From: Iphione sp. A-MEVVRFRX5
Lineage: Eukaryota
Assembly: GCA_976226885.1 (NCBI GenBank)
Contig: OZ320316.1
Span: 54,312,001-54,376,000, forward strand
DNA length: 64,000 bases
Direction of reading: 5' to 3'
Shown: one piece after another, positions 1 to 15,331 of the stretch
Layout: each line of letters begins with the position of its first letter
Numbering within the stretch: the first letter of the stretch is position 1
The notes under the pieces: model-generated
What the model saw: the letters and a program-made list of their open reading frames with translations, nothing else
What the model was told of the DNA's origin: nothing
Database searches by the model: none
Made by a program: the position numbers and the translations under genes

Positions 1-3
1 CTT

Positions 4-160
4 TCCCCTACTATTATTATCTATATCCAGAACTTCTGAAATATCGTTAGAAACGTGTCGACGCGTTGCTAGTACATGTATTAACTTTACCGTCTGGCCT
101 TCTGTAGATTCCACCTATTAGAGTTTCACCTGATGAACTAGAGTTTAGCTCAATCTAGGT
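4..160 (-). pseudogene. Decayed apurinic-type (APE) endonuclease fragment of a CR1/L2-like non-LTR retrotransposon
   Basis: Minus strand 157-92 reads (*)IELNSSSSGETLIGGIYRRPD, resembling the LINE APE motif 'E..WIEL....LIG.IYRPP'. After a frameshift, IIIVG at 20-4 would lead into the GDFN motif. Short and disrupted. Confidence 0.4.
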
Positions 161-3100
161 CATCTCAATGTTCCATGTGGAAGTATAGTTTCCCTATAAA
201 ATTGATATTCTCGAGAGAAGTCTTTCTTAAGGTTAGCTTTAGTCAGCTGCAGGCAATTCATTTACATGAAGCATTGTCTGATGGGGTCATGCCTCCCAGT
301 TTCATTAGAATTGTACGTTGACCTAGTTCTGATACTCGAAGATACATTTGTGTGATTTTTCGTATGATTCTCTATATGTTTCCCCGATGAAAGTGAGTTC
401 AGATCCTTAATAATTACGTCCACTGTGCCTTAGAATTGTTTGTATCTGCAATAACTTTTTACAATGTGGATGCAAAAAGCTTTGTTATGCAAAGCGATAC
501 AACCATATGTAAAGTGGAGGCTGATATTACTACCACAGGATACGGGATTGTACTACGATGTTATGTTAATTTGTGCAACACGTCTAGCAGTGTTCATGTT
601 AAGTTTTTGGCTTAAGAATCAAATAGCATAAAATCATTCATCATTCTTACCTTGATGTTTCAGATCTAAACTATCAGTCTGTTATTGCTATCAAATGCAG
701 AATGAGTCTTCTCAACAACAATCGATCATTAGTGATAATACAACTTGCAATAAACCTGAATGGGTGTAAGGAAAGAGAGGGGGGACCAACATTTCCTCAT
801 CGAAAAGGAATACGAATTCATGATTGTGCATTTACACAGAGCATACATATGTGTATTTTCCTTAGGAAACTGTGTAATTATATTTTTATTCCAATGACAT
901 CGGGTTTACTCTAACATTTATTTTATTTGCATGTCCTACACGTATGGTAAAGGATTCCAGCAAGTCAAAAAGTTCATCCCCGGCACGTCAAAGTACAAAC
1001 ACATAAACTAGATATGTGGGGACTATGTTTCATAATACCCTCTAACATAGACAAGAAAACAGTGGGGTTGAGGCTTTGATATACTGATCCTAGTGCAAAT
1101 ATTCAAAAGGATATTTTTAGTCATTTGATGCATTTCAATGCGTAACATGTTTGACTGATCTACATCGGAAAGGACACACTTTATTTTCCGGGATATCGTA
1201 TTAGATTATCGTTTAAATTTCATAAACACCGAACACATTGTATGCATATTTATTGATGTCGTTATAAGTAAGAATTTCTAGGAATTACCTCCACGTCTCA
1301 TTAAAAATGGCCCTTTCCTTAGCACATTGAAAGAGCTGAAGCATACAGGTGGGCCTCTTTTGCAATAGTTCCCTTTCGATATTGATAACATTATAAGGCG
1401 TATCCACTCTCATTCCAGGCTTTGTTTGCCCATGAAATATGCCAACCATATTGAAAGAGGTGTACCATATGGTCCATCTACAGGCAGGGGGGAGTAAACA
1501 GATGAGTCATATACATTAGGTAAATAAAAAAAGATTGAACACGTGCCAACCATGATCCAGTTTTCCCTTACAAATAAGCACCTATTATTATTCAAGCCAT
1601 TACGCTCTCTGCTACACGATACCTTCAACGTGTCAACAATAGCTGACCTACAACTAGAATATTAACATCCAGGGCACAAAACATGAACCTCAACATGGGA
1701 TTTCCTATTCCCCCTTCCTCATGGTGACCGTTTAAATTAAAATTATGAGACAGTACATGTGTGGTTCAACTTCTCGATTATGAATATTTATATAAGATCC
1801 AAGACGCACGTACTGGGGAGGTAACATTAATTTCAAGACCTCGTCTGTTCTTATCATAGCTCTTATATTTAGCTTCAATGAAGGCCACTCTGTCTCCTCG
1901 GAACCATTTCCGATTATGGCCCATAGTATTATTTTCTAGATCAGACGTGTTTTAATTATGAATTCTCATTTCCTGCTCTCCATATGTTATTATTACCTTT
2001 GTCCTAAGAATCGAGAGTAAATCAGTCTACTAACCTGAAAAAAAACGTGTATATAGGACGTTTTATCACGAATCAGTCATTTTAGAGACCGAACAATTAC
2101 GGTCGTATTCGCAGAGGCTGACCCAGACGGCTGAAAAAGCGAATCACACCTGTGCTAAAGGTACTGTGGATTACGAGGCAGAGAGAAAATTTATTTACTG
2201 GATAATGTTGAACGTTAAATGTGGGACGGTTAGGAACTTGTTTTAAACATATATTAAGAAAACATAGTCTCTGCAGAACATCGTATAATGAAGCACAGGC
2301 AGGGCTCTTACAGTAAAAGCATAAATAAAGAGCAGACAATCGGACGACAGATGGCAGCAATTCTGTACCGGGTCTGTGGATTTCGTTCGTGGGATAATCA
2401 AAGTCCGTCACAGTAAATATACGCGTAGAATTAGATTTTCCCTTTTTTTATCGATATGGAGACCACATAAGGATCACTGTTTCATATTCATTAACCTAAA
2501 GATGCATTCAGCTAGAATAAAACGAGGTCAATTATTCATCGCGCACGGTGTACGTTTTTCCAGCTTATACAGTTTTTCCAAAGCTTCCCCGGAAATGTAC
2601 AGAGTGCTAGTGGTGAAATGACTACAAGCAGCAAAACCTACTCAGCGCATGTTGGCTTTGTACCGGAGTTTCGCACATGGCATCAATGTCCGTCTCGCCA
2701 TTACTACTCACCGCCGTTGACACCAACGGACACAGGGAGGCGTGAGTAGTAGAGGCAAATGCCTGTTTAGAGCAGGCTTACCTCCTCGCGGGGGTGGTCA
2801 GGCTCCCAAGCCGAGTCCCTTGCTCCCATATCATTACCAGCAATGTTTAGACAATACCGCCACCACCTTGTTGACTCTCACTGCTCATCCAAGCATTGCG
2901 CGTACCTCGGCCACATGTATAGGCATCGCAGCGAGTCATCTCTGTACGTGCTAGATACGCACAGCCTTTACGCCTCCCACACTCAGTGTTCCGCATATTT
3001 TTACAATACGTTATTTCCAAAAAGGCATATGTTGACACGAAGGTAAGATGCTGCTCAGCCTTGTGCTCCTTTTGTCTACGATGGGTTCCAGCCTTGCCAA

Positions 3101-4028
3101 CACTATGAGAACATTGTCGAAAACAATATCACCAAATGACATAACTTGTTAACAGAAACCGTAAGGTCTTGTTCGTTACAATATATTCTCTCACACACAG
3201 TCGAATCGACATGACATATTAAAATACATTTCCACAGATTCAAGGGCGATATGATGAGGAGAAGGCTCTTGTAGACAACATTTCTCACTCGCCTTTCGTG
3301 GAGTTCTGCGGTCTCCGTATTAGCTGCTATCGTCGGATCGCTGGGGAAAATGGCGTTGTTTTTACTGCTGGGCAGGTCTTAGTACTAATTGATCCAGCCA
3401 GTTGAAACTTTGGGGCATGCCGTCCCTCAAGCCACTTACGACCCTCTTGGGCCACCGGAGAGCCCTGATGCGGCCACAACGGGTAATTGAGTCCCTCGGC
3501 AAAACGTACAAATCTATCCATCTAGGCCAGAATGTCTGTGGTTAAGTACATAGTTAACAAGTTTCTCGTTAGATGCGACCGTTCGTGTACGACCAGGCAT
3601 CCATAGCAGAATGATTGGACAACGGTGGTCGTTTATAAGTGAGATGTGGGGGTTGTGAATGACCTCAGGTCACCGCCGTCATTGGGCTGCCGAGCCACAG
3701 GCGACCAGCAGACAGAGATAGCGCCCATGTACACTCCGTGCCGACGCTCCTGAAGTGTCAATAAACATCATCATATCGCTGACACCCTGGGCGCCGACGT
3801 TGGCAGCGGACGATCATCCTTGGGGCAGATCAGGAAGTGAGCGCTTCCAATCACTGGCACCATCTTCCCGCAGTAATCACCGTGAGAGCACAGGGCACAC
3901 CGAAAAAAACGGGAGGGAGCGGAGGCGGCAATGGAAAGGGCGGCGGAGGTGGGCGCCGGGCGCCGATTCGTTTTACTCGTTCCCATCCGGCCGACGACAT
4001 CACTACAGATAACACATAGCCATGGGCC

Positions 4029-4042
4029 CACGTGACGTCACG
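4029..4042. promoter_or_regulatory. Overlapping E-box (CACGTG) and CRE palindrome (CGTGACGTCACG) in a CpG-rich patch
   Basis: CACGTG at 4029-4034 overlaps TGACGTCA at 4033-4040, within a perfect 12-bp palindrome at 4031-4042. A GC-box-like GGGCGG lies near 3938. No associated gene was identified. Confidence 0.3.
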
Positions 4043-7000
4043 CCCTATCATGGCGGGCACCCGTGAAATTGTTCCCGGGAGTCTAGCGGTTCACAAAGGC
4101 ATAAAAGCTTTGGTTTATACACCTCGTCAAGCCGTGCCCTTCCCACAACCCGCGGTGGCTTATAGCGTTTGCAAGAGGCTCCAAATGACCCACATTTGCA
4201 TCTATGATATAAACACCCTCGCATCCCAGGCCATTCCTTCCTCTTCTACTAGTTGTTTGATTAAATATTTACCCATACCCCAACATTCCCTCTTAAATAT
4301 CGCAAATAAAGACCTGCCCAGCACTTGCAAATGTTACTCTAAACATCACATGGTAGTCACGCTTTATTTAGTCTCCAATATGATGGCCTTCCCAAGCCCT
4401 ATCCATACAACGTGTTAAGAGAGTACGGTCTGTGATGTTGATCCCCCGTTGTCTTGGCAACCACTGCCATGCAATGCCCGTGTGAGGCTGTTGGTACACT
4501 TCCTTACACCTACAGGGAATGCTGACCTGACGTCCTAGGGGTTTGACTCGAAGCTGCATTACGGATAGGATGTGTTATGGCATGACATATGGCTAGATCG
4601 GATCTTACACGCATGCCTCTGCATTACGGGTCATGGACTCTCGCCCAATTTCTGAGGTACACATTGCCTGTCTATGGTCTCCCTCATGCATGCACGGAAC
4701 ATTGAATTATGGCCAGGCCATCAATGGATCATGACAGGCATGTCTAAACGGCTGATGGTGTTTATCATGTAAAGAGAGGAACATGTGACTGTAATTAACA
4801 GATTCGTACAGGCGAATTGGTTGTTGTCAGGCGTTTTCTTCTTTCATAATAAAGTCACCGCTCATATATTATTCGTTTGACTTCGTACCAAGGGTATATT
4901 TATCTTGTTGACATCAAATAATGTCTATATGAATCTGAGACACGATTACACCAAACATATAAATCCCAGAACAAAAATGTCTACATTGCTCAGTTTGTAA
5001 TAAAGGGGATGCCGCTGCCACAGGACATTGTAACATCAAAGGTATTCTTTTTGGCCCATTACATAAGGACCATACCTCACCATACATTACTTAAGACGCA
5101 ATCGTAAGATGCAACCTTTATCTCCCTGCATAAGTATATGACTAATAGTGATGATTTAAATGTTATTGTAGGTAATGCTGTGCGATCTATTAGTGTAAAG
5201 AGAGTAATGTTTTTCTTTCTGTATAATTTTGTTTCTAAAGATTAGAAGTGAAAGTTGCAAAGTTACGTGGTATTGCCTGTAGGTATTCCAGAGTTTCCAG
5301 CTAATTAAGTCTGAGAGCATCCGCGTAGAAGGGAGTTTATGCTTGAAAAATCAAAGCACCCGAAGCACTGAATGCCACGCTAAGCTTCCTCTTACCGAGC
5401 TCTTGAACAACAGCGAAGGCTTTCTTGATGATTAGTATCTTAGTGGCACAAGTCAAGGACGTCTACATAGATATGTTCTGCACAAAGCAATATCGGTCGT
5501 ATCGTTGCTGGGTCTTAAATCATACACAAGGAAAAATCGATTTGACCATTGGTACAAAGATATCGTGTCAGAAAAGGTATTATATCCCTATCGATAGAAA
5601 CAAATATCCGTACCGAATGTATGCCTATATGCAGCCCCTTTCAAAAGCGGAGGAATCCCTTCGATACATCCCATTTGCGGGGAAACTAACTTGGCTCGGT
5701 AAATGTTATGCGAGGTGCTCTGCCTGCTTCCGCTGTGTTGATTCAGCAGTGACACAGCAGAATTTACACACATATACTCACGCCTTTAGATTTCCCTCAT
5801 GGCTCACATAACTCAAAGACGCTTTTTGTCTCCGGTCTCCGTCAGGCCATAAGGCTGAAGGACCCGGCCAAGTAACCCCACTTGCACGACCGACCCGTAC
5901 TAAATGGCAAGGAAAGAGCGTAAGCGGGCTGTAACTCACGGGACCCGTGCAGATAGCCAAGTATCTTGTAATAGTGAGCGAACTGCGGTGGCACATAAAA
6001 ATCGGCCTGGATGCATTTTTGCTTAATTTAGTGAGCGGCTCATAAGGGTCATATCACTGGTGGGCCTGCGAGCCAGAGACGGCTGATGGGAGTCTACGCG
6101 GAAGGGATGGGGATAGGGGCGTCGGCGGCATGGCCTCGACGCTAGGGTCAAGTGCCATCCTTCCACACTATTGCCAGCTATCGTGAATATCCCTGTAGTG
6201 CCAATTTTCGACCAAGTTTGCTTTAAGGTAGCTGTTTAACAATGGGTATTGAAAGTATGCTACTGTGCTACACTTACCTGCGGCTTGGCAATATGTAGTT
6301 GTTTTCCTTTTTTAAATTCTATTTACACGAGGTATTAGGATAGTGGTTGTTAAAATCCAAAATGCCTTAGTTCATGGGAGGCTCACATAAGGCATTCTCT
6401 GTGAACGTAGTAAAAAGATTTTCATAGAGAAAAAGGATCTATCTCATCAAATAGATTATCTCGGGGTAGACTCAAAATGGATTATTCACTTTTGACCTAT
6501 TTTAATTGCTCCCTTTATTCTACGCCCAGTGCTTGAGTAATATGCAATAAATTATTTGTCATAAGTCCTCCACAATCATTGCCGTGGCTTGCGAACGGGT
6601 CCTAGCAATTTTGTAATTTTAGAATCAATTATGTATTGTGTCCCCATTTGAGTCTGTTGTACCTCTCTTTTCGTGGAAATTGTTCAGTAATTCTTCCCTG
6701 ACCTTTCTGGATTCTGAGCAGACCAGAGGAGCTGAACAGATCTGTGTAATATTTACACATTATTGTTTAGCGTCGCTTAAAAAGAAAACCTGTTTGGATA
6801 TAGGTTTTCGGATATGCGGCATGTTCTGGAAGATGGGTAAATGATAAGGATAAATTCAGAAAGGTTTGAAATCTTATTTTAAATACAGTTAGCATAGTTT
6901 TGCAAAAAATCGTTAATTACAGTAATCCAATTTAGTTCTTGCCGTGAAACAGGGATATATGTCTTTTTAAAGTTTTTACTCTAAATACCTTGGTTATATT

Positions 7001-8256
7001 ATGATTTTGACTGGAGATTTCGCCCATACAAATATTGGTATAAGGAAATATAGATATGATGTCATGATAGGAGAGGAAATAAGGCATCTGCCACATACAA
7101 ATGCTACACCATAATGAACAAGTGCATAATAGAAGTCTGCATTGTTCTCTTGGTAGCACCTGTGTGCCCTCCCATGCAAAAGACTGTGGGGAAAATCCTA
7201 AGTTCATACGATACCTTCTATTCTCCTGGATCCTTTTCACATCCACTACAGGCAGGATGCCATTGATGGTCCAGCCATTCTTGATAGTGACGGTACCTAC
7301 CAGTACCAATATATCTCAAGTATCAAGATAGCATGTCCTTCTTCAGTAGTGTCCGCTTTGTCCTGCTCACCATCTCAGGAAACACTCCTCTGTAGTATGC
7401 TAAGGGGTTAGGATGAAAGCATCAAGCGGCTGAAGATGGCCGGTAGTATTAGCCAAATGGTAATATATTGTCTAGTTGTCTTGTGATCGTGCACGTTTCT
7501 GTCTAGACCCTGGAAGTCAAGCAGGCATGATTATTGTTCCTGTGGTAGATATACATGTACATTGACAGGTCAAAGTTACATCCAACGCAATATAGCAGTG
7601 TAGTGTGTTGATCACAAATGCCACAATTACAGCGCCCTTGTTCTGTTTTCTACCGTGATAAGACCTATGCTAAGTGTTAAAGTTGGCTTGAGTTTATAAC
7701 ATAGGGGATTAAGGTTTCAAGAATGATTGTACATCACGGCTGTGTTGAACCATTCCTAAATTAGCAAAACACCGTTTCTCAGTGGAGTGTAAGTAACTTG
7801 ATTCTATGTTTGGTCCTCAATCAATGCAGCCCTTGCTATATCTATAGTTGTCCTGACTCACCTGCTATCAACATTTGCTCGAACGTTATTACTCAGTGAG
7901 ATTGTGACGCCTTTACCTTGTCTTTCTTATTGCCAGAGTGGCAATATCCTCTACAAGCTTGATGCTACGGATCCTTATTAGCCTCGCCTCCTCATATGTC
8001 AGCGACAACCAGTGCTTGTTCTTTAAGATGACAGTCGACCTCCCAGCGGTGATCCCACCATCGCCCTGTGATTACCATAATGTGCTCCCTATAGGTAGGG
8101 GTAGCAGTTCCCCGATTGTATTGGCCCACTTCCTTTTGGTGATCCTAAGATGACGGCAAATGGTGGTCGGGTCAGACGTTAAGTAGTGATCCTATTCGCA
8201 GAGAGCAATTTGGTGTAAGGGAGTAAATGCCTCGATTCAGATGGATATACATGTAT

Positions 8257-8288
<32 letters not shown>
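8257..8288. repeat. (ATAG)8 microsatellite grading into ACAGAG units
   Basis: Directly visible perfect tetranucleotide run. Confidence 0.95.
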
Positions 8289-8289
<1 letters not shown>

Positions 8290-11200
8290 GACAGAGACAG
8301 AGAGGGAAAGGGAGAGGCCTCCCAACTCCTCATGATTAAGTGAATGTATCTCACTCATGCTCATATTTTTGCATAATCCCCATACGAATTTGTACCACGT
8401 ACTCTTTTAATCTGTCGATACCCATACGCTAGTGTGATAAAGTGGCTTTATCCGTGATCTTAGACATTAAGCCCATAGAGGAGCCAATTCGGAAATGGGG
8501 CATATTTAAGGTACAGTGGCAGCCCTCGAATAAGACCACTGCAAGGATCATCCTATTTTGCCTTTATTAGAGGGTTTTTTTTCTTATATTTTATATAGCA
8601 CTGGGACATACAAAAATGCTACTTGAGAGTTGCCCTCCTAGTTGACTTGCCCGAAGAGTAAGTTGCTACTGTATTTACATTTCTGGAGTTCTGGCACTTC
8701 TTTCATAGCGCAGTACCTTCAAAGTGCTTTTGACACACAGTTCAGCTGGTGACATTTAGCTACAAGTTATTTATTACAACTAGTATGTCATTTCAGCTTT
8801 ACATCGAGATTCCCAAATGAAAGCAGTACATGACACAGGCCCATGTGTTAATGGGAGAGCCTGTAAGGAAATGGTAGTTTTCAAGTCTAATCTATCATTT
8901 TGCTTTTTAAGAAAGTGTTGTGATTAGAACGCCTTACATAATTATAAGGGATTGTCTGAATCACCTTCCTCTCGGAATTGCAATGATGAAGAATACCAGC
9001 CTTTAGTCTAGGGATGGCCTGCCTGGTACCTTCATTGAAGTTATTTGAATGAATGAATGTTTTTTATATCCTAAATCTTATCCCTTTTCTTTGATTGTGC
9101 CCTTTCTGTTAGGAATGCGCTAGTTCTGATAGAGAGTTGACAACTGCATTAACCTGTGTGAATAGGTTGAGAGAAAATATTCAGACAGGGGCAGTGCGGC
9201 GGTGTTTCTGGTTTTCTATTTGCGACTGGTGGCTAGTCGGTTCCGCACCTGCTCCTGATAATAACACTGCCCTGGAATCATTATCAGTCAAGAGGTCAAG
9301 CTTTCTTCTGATGGCCATAACTTGGAATTGTTTGAAGTCATGAAAATTTAAATTCATAAGTTTCTTAGGTTTAAGTACTTAGAACCTTCTCTTCAACCCA
9401 GAGTATAAAAACACTGTTGGAGCAATGCTTTAACTCAGTTAAGGTATGTATTGTATATAAACATGTCCATATCCTTAACTGAAAATTGCATGGGATCATT
9501 CCTGTAAGGAAATTTTATAATTTGACATATATTCTTCATCATTTCAGTTAACTGACTCATTGCTGTACCATCACATAGCCGTGCCCACCTATCACATGAC
9601 ATGACAGTCATATCTTTACTACGGTCATGTACACTATTTGAAAAACAAAGTTTTTTTCTAGTCAACGTATCAGTGTAGTGTACATTCTCATATAGTTTGA
9701 AAATGATTATAAATTCTCCATGGATATATGTCCATACATTAATATAATTATGTAATGATACGTAACAATCATAATTCTAATATGGTCATGCATGAGTGAC
9801 AGTATCGCTCAAATGTCTGCACAGATTGGTTACATGAATCATGTAACAAAATAGCATGATGTCATTGGCTATGAAATGCTTTGATTGACAAATATCCTGA
9901 CTGTAAAACATTTCTTCCTGCCCCACAATGATACGGCAATTTTCAGCCAGTTTAAACCTTACACTACTAGGAAAATCCATACCATTAATTAAAAAGAGAA
10001 CTAATAAGTCGTCACAATGTACATACACTGTATAATTCCTTCCAAAAAGCCTTCTTGATTTATCCCTCGAGGAGAGTTGTGGGTAGGCACACTTCAACAA
10101 ATAAGTCTCAGTTTTTGTTCTACCATTAATAACATGATTTCTCTACCAGAGGATCCTGTAGAGACATAACTTTACAAACACTGGAAGAAAGTTTGAAAAT
10201 AGATCGAATATCAATGCTTATGATTTAGTCTAGGTTCATTTCCGTGGGTTTAATATTTGAGTTCACATACAATGTCTAACTTAAGCTAGGAGTACATATA
10301 TTTTGTTTTAACTTGTTTGTTTTTCAATTATTATTTCTGTAAGCTAGGCATTTCCTTTTTCAGTATGTATTACTTGCAATATTACATCCGTCAAATTTTC
10401 TTTTTATCACGAAATGGCAGCATTCACCTCTTTTCTGGCCAAATGGGAGAGGTAGCGGCGAAGAGTGGGGAAGTTCCCATCATTGCAGTCATAACTCTTG
10501 TTAGTACAATTCATAGAACCAAACAGGACAAAAAAATATTTAACCTTGAAGCCACAGCATATTCCATGAGGGAATCTCTGAAACTTTGCAGCCAAGCAGC
10601 TGACACCTTATCCACAAAGTTTGAACCAAGTTTCTAGCATAAATATTTCCAGGGGTAGGAATTTCAATTCACACAATTTCAGAAAAAAACACAAAATAAA
10701 AGATCGGAACAAATATAAGAAAAAGCGATTCTTAAGCTTAAGTTTGATTTTTAGCATGCATATATTGTATATGAATAAGTACATTTGAGCGTCACAAATG
10801 TGGACACCCTCGCTGACTTTAATGAGTGAGAGTCCTAATAGTGCTGAATTTGACGAGTCCTAAAAGTGTCCTAAAAGTAAAATTCTCGTGACAACACTCC
10901 CACAGGGTTTATTCAACTAAACCACTAAACCAACAAGCTCTGAGGCCTCTCTGCGGCCCCAAATTCATGCGACAGAACCTCTTCCACAGGGACTATTCAT
11001 GTCTCCCTTTGAAAACGACTTCCTGCTAACTGAAATTTATGCAACAATGCCTCATCCACAGTGTCTGTAGGGGGATGTGGTGTGAAAATTTGCATCCGCA
11101 TTGTAGACATGTTGGTATGGTTAACTATAAGTATCAATTCGGTTCATTCCCAAACTGTCCACATTTGGGAGATGTCCGCATTTAGACATGTCTGCAGGGG

Positions 11201-14200
11201 GACATTCAAATCTAATGTCAAAAATGATCTGAAATGAGTTGCTTGTACTTCTCACTACCCTCTTTCCATATTTTTACAGCTACCTTTGTGATATAGGCTT
11301 AATTGAGCCATCAAAATATATTTTCAATGTAGCTACTGCCAAATCTAGCAACTTTGTTTTTCATTATCCATTATGGTGGCACTCTTCAGTCACCTAACTG
11401 AACTGTTTATATGGTAAAATACTTTGTAAAATTTTTCTCTGTTTACAGTATCAAACCTTTTATAATTGTACAATCAACTGTCCAATTTTGAAAATTCTAA
11501 AACTAAAATAAGATTAGGATGAACTACATCTGCATAGTTTTGACACTCTGGCAGAAATGTCGAAAAGTGGTCTCACCTTGCTACATTCTCAATGTATAAA
11601 ACTGCTGACAACTGCGAAACAATATTATTGAAAGGTTCTTAAAATCAGTCTTTTATCCTTAAAGCTTTTAAGCTCGAGAAAAACAAAAATTGTTACTCTT
11701 ATACCTCTTCATGAACTGTTACATAGGAATCCAATTTGTACTGTCTAAGCTGTTGGAGATGTGCTAGATCAGCAGGAATTATGGATGTCTTTCATGCTGG
11801 AATAACGTAACTAGGAGATCATCCTGTATTAGAAACCCTTTCAGTTGCCAGTTAACACGCAAGCAGAATTCTGCAGGTAAAGACGTGTGCTCTTTCATAT
11901 GTTAAGGCTGCACCCTTAAACAGAGCTAATAGGGCCTTGTAAGCAGTGTCAGCAAGAGACCAAGCAGGTAAAATAGGGAGGCAAGAAGCCTTCAATGTCA
12001 CCGATCCCTCAGGACCAATCCTTTCCGTAGGAGCCTATCTTTACAACTGGTTACTGTGGAGGAGAAAGGCAACAGGGAGACCGTTCGCATGCTGGACACG
12101 CTCTCGGCATATTGCCTAGCCAAGTCCTCAGGAGAGGTAGGGGGCATGACAGGATGGTGGGTCGCCGGGCAGTTGGAGCAGCTTGGCTGAATTACAGAGC
12201 AGCCTTTCATCTATACCTATGAAAGATTGCCAGATCAAAAGCCATATGGGGGAGTGTAGGATGTGTCAGTGCCACCTCTCTAAAACCATAAATTTGCAAG
12301 AATGAAGCAACAAAAACGAACGTATTTTATGCTGTCCTCATCATTGAATAGGAATTTTGCCATTAATTCAGGCTGTTGTCGGACCAGGTCTCGCGGTTTT
12401 AGGACGATCAGAAGTCACCTTATTCCCTTTTAAAAACGAAGGGTGAGAAGAACATTTCTGAGGGGTGCTTACTGTAGGATTATAGGAATTCACATGACCT
12501 GGAGACATAATTTTTCCGACCTCGCAGAGTTATTGCGGTAGGGGATATAAAGATTTTGATTCATGGTGGTCGCACAAACGCGGTGCGGACACTGTCATAT
12601 CCCTATTCCTTCCACAGCCACACTGAAATCGATCCAGGAGCTATTATTCCACTTCAGCGATAACTTGCTTCTTATAGGTATTTCATCCTCGGCTAGCCCA
12701 CTATGAAACCGGCCGCCTCCAGGGTATTGTCGAAGAGCAGTCGCCCTTCTTCGGTGAAGTCTCAACGATGGCTTTGTGTGCCCATCGAATATCCACTTAC
12801 TAATGACCGAAACGCAAATCCCTTTCATCAAATTTCCTCACACAGTAACTTTCGTCTTTTGGGATCCAGAAAAATCTTCCAAAAGAACGAAGATGAGTTA
12901 TGAATGGTTATTGATAATTTCCATTCCCGTTTTCCCTAACTAGTTATGACAGCAACTGAGGGAGCGGAGCGATGGCTTTTGATAATTGGTGTATTGTTAC
13001 ATTGAAAGGGGTACCATTTGAGACGACTGGATGGCAAGTAGACGCAATTTATTTACTGACAACCCCACGCTTCACTATGGGCTGTCAATGCGCTTTCCAG
13101 AATGATGCAACCATTGAATAATTCAAGCCTTGCCTTTTAAGAACTTCCACGAATACTTAACAAAAATATCAATAGGTCAAAGGAGGCCTATCTATTCCAG
13201 TTTAATCTAATCATGGGGCCGCCTTGATATTGATGTCAAAATGGAGAGATGAAAGAAAGTCTGAAACAATCCGGGTATAATATAATACTCAATGGAATTT
13301 GTATCACAAAGGAGCCTAACTCTTTCTTTTCCTATCTCAATATTTTACTCTTTATCCAAGTCAATTAAAATATTGCGCCAACACCGAATTTACAACCACG
13401 AAACAGCTGCAAGAGTGTGAATTCGACATAGAACTTATGAACAGCTGATATGCTCATCTCTTATGAATGAATGACTCTCCACCCTTATGCAGCAAACATG
13501 GATAGAATTGGTCCGTAATTAGAGCTGAAAAGAGACACGCAGATAAAGTAACAGGGACGTTGAGGGATTGAAGAAAGAACAAATGAGAAGGAGTTCTTAA
13601 AGGATGCTTCACATGAACGATGACTGAGGGCATACGGGAGCATTGGCCACAGCAGAATGTGTGATTCTCGGCTTTGAATTGGCTATGGAAAGCTCCTCCA
13701 CTTGGGCGTTTCTTTTGTAAAAGGCCTGCGCCATTTACGTCTGGCTTCTGCATGCCAAGCTAAAGTCACTCAAAACCAGTTTCTTTTACTCTCTGCAAGG
13801 AAGCCTGAGCTTTATGTGTAGTGGTTTTCGAACACTGAAAGTCTCTTATGTAATTACCGGCCAAATAATAGAACACATAAAGGCCGATGGGTCAAACACT
13901 TTTTCTTTCAGATGGCTAGATGTTCGTTTCTGAAATTCTTGAATTCTCTAAAAAATGCCGAAGAATTCAACAGGATATGTAATTATGCAGACTGCCAATG
14001 TCATTGCCATATTCCGTGTAGCCCCTATTCCCTCATCGAAACACCGTCTGTAACGAGAAACTAAATCCTTTTAGGCCCATGCATGTAGACTTCGCCGCAC
14101 AAGCACAAATTTAGAAGGAAATCAGGATCAAATGCACGTTATTTCATTTTAATTTCATCCGAATTAGTGATGCAGACTAAAGCAATATCATTCAAGTTAG

Positions 14201-15295
14201 TTGCTGCTGCAGTCCTCATCAAATATAATATGCCTCGGATGGCGTGTGTGGTACATTACATATACAAAGTACTCCTGGTCGGCATTTATCGTACCATTCA
14301 TACAAGATTGAAGGAAAGACCCTTCCGTAGAGAGTAGTGCGGCTCGTGTGCATGTCGTCAAAAGCAGCTTTGGTGCTTCCTATTTTTCTATGCAACACCT
14401 TCATTTTAACATACTGCCTGTCTTGAGTAAATGCTTCCCCTAGGGATTTTGGGAGACTTGTCTGTCGGATTCCTACGGCTACTGTACCCTTGGGTTGATC
14501 TATGAGCACTACACGGCTGTCTGTAACGTATCACCCCGTCTACCTGGGCGACCTCCGGCTTCTTTATGTTCGAGAGCATGTCGGCGGCTATTATAGGTAT
14601 GAACCGCTGGATTCCGCCATTGTTATCCGCTGGCGTCGACTCCAGTGGAAGGGATGATGAGAACGGAGTAGATTATTATCAAGCCATGTTGATCGTCTGC
14701 GTTCCAAGCGTTTGTAATAAACGGCGCGGGTACTTTCCGCCTCCATATATATTCACCAACTCGATCTCTATTTAAAATGGCGATATGGAGAACTAATAAG
14801 AGCTAGAATGAACGACAATAGTGACGAAGGAAGAAAACTATTTTGATCCTCAGGGTACCGGAGGCAATACTTAGGCTGTCGGAAGGTATTTTTGTACCTA
14901 TCATGTGTAGAGTCATACTATGAGCAAAATAACGACGGAAGCAAGTCACTGTGTCGGATCAAGTGCTTATTTGAATATATTAAGATATTGTCGCGATCGC
15001 CTGGCTTTGGAGGCACGATCTACCGCACACACTCATTATTCAGTGATGGTTTCAATAACAGGGACCCATTCTTCGCCGGCGCGCATTCTTTATAGTCAGC
15101 CTCCTGTATTGTGCATGGGCACCGCCGGCGTAGCTCTCAAGAGGGTCTTTAACCGCATCTCTAAAGCTATTTAGCACCACCAGGGCTCGGGTCTGTTCAG
15201 TCCGCTGTCGACCACCAGTCTGTGTAATGACATCTCAGGAGTATGGAGCCGAGATGGCGACATGAGAAATGTATCAGGCTTCTGCTTTGGCGAGG

Positions 15296-15331
15296 GATTT
15301 CAAAGCCGTCCCCGTTCACCCAGACGACTGA
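15296..15331 (+). pseudogene. Possible remnant of a DIRS/Ngaro-type reverse transcriptase
   Basis: Reads DFKAVPVHPDD*, similar to the DIRS-group RT motif 'A(F/Y)R.IPVHPDDW'. Only one motif is seen and the flanks are not recognisable. Confidence 0.25.

Noticed and set aside
10796-11167. 12-bp inverted repeat CAAATGTGGACA / TGTCCACATTTG
   Set aside because: Does not extend and has no TSD; at most subterminal motifs of an unresolved element.
8900-15180. Several protein-like but stop-ridden minus-strand frames (e.g. 9435-9665, 9786-10100, 11700-12210, 14219-14780), initially suggesting a decayed endogenous virus
   Set aside because: No recognisable viral or transposon hallmark motif; alternative frames look equally protein-like by eye, and lengths are within chance for six frames. 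A translated profile search would be needed.
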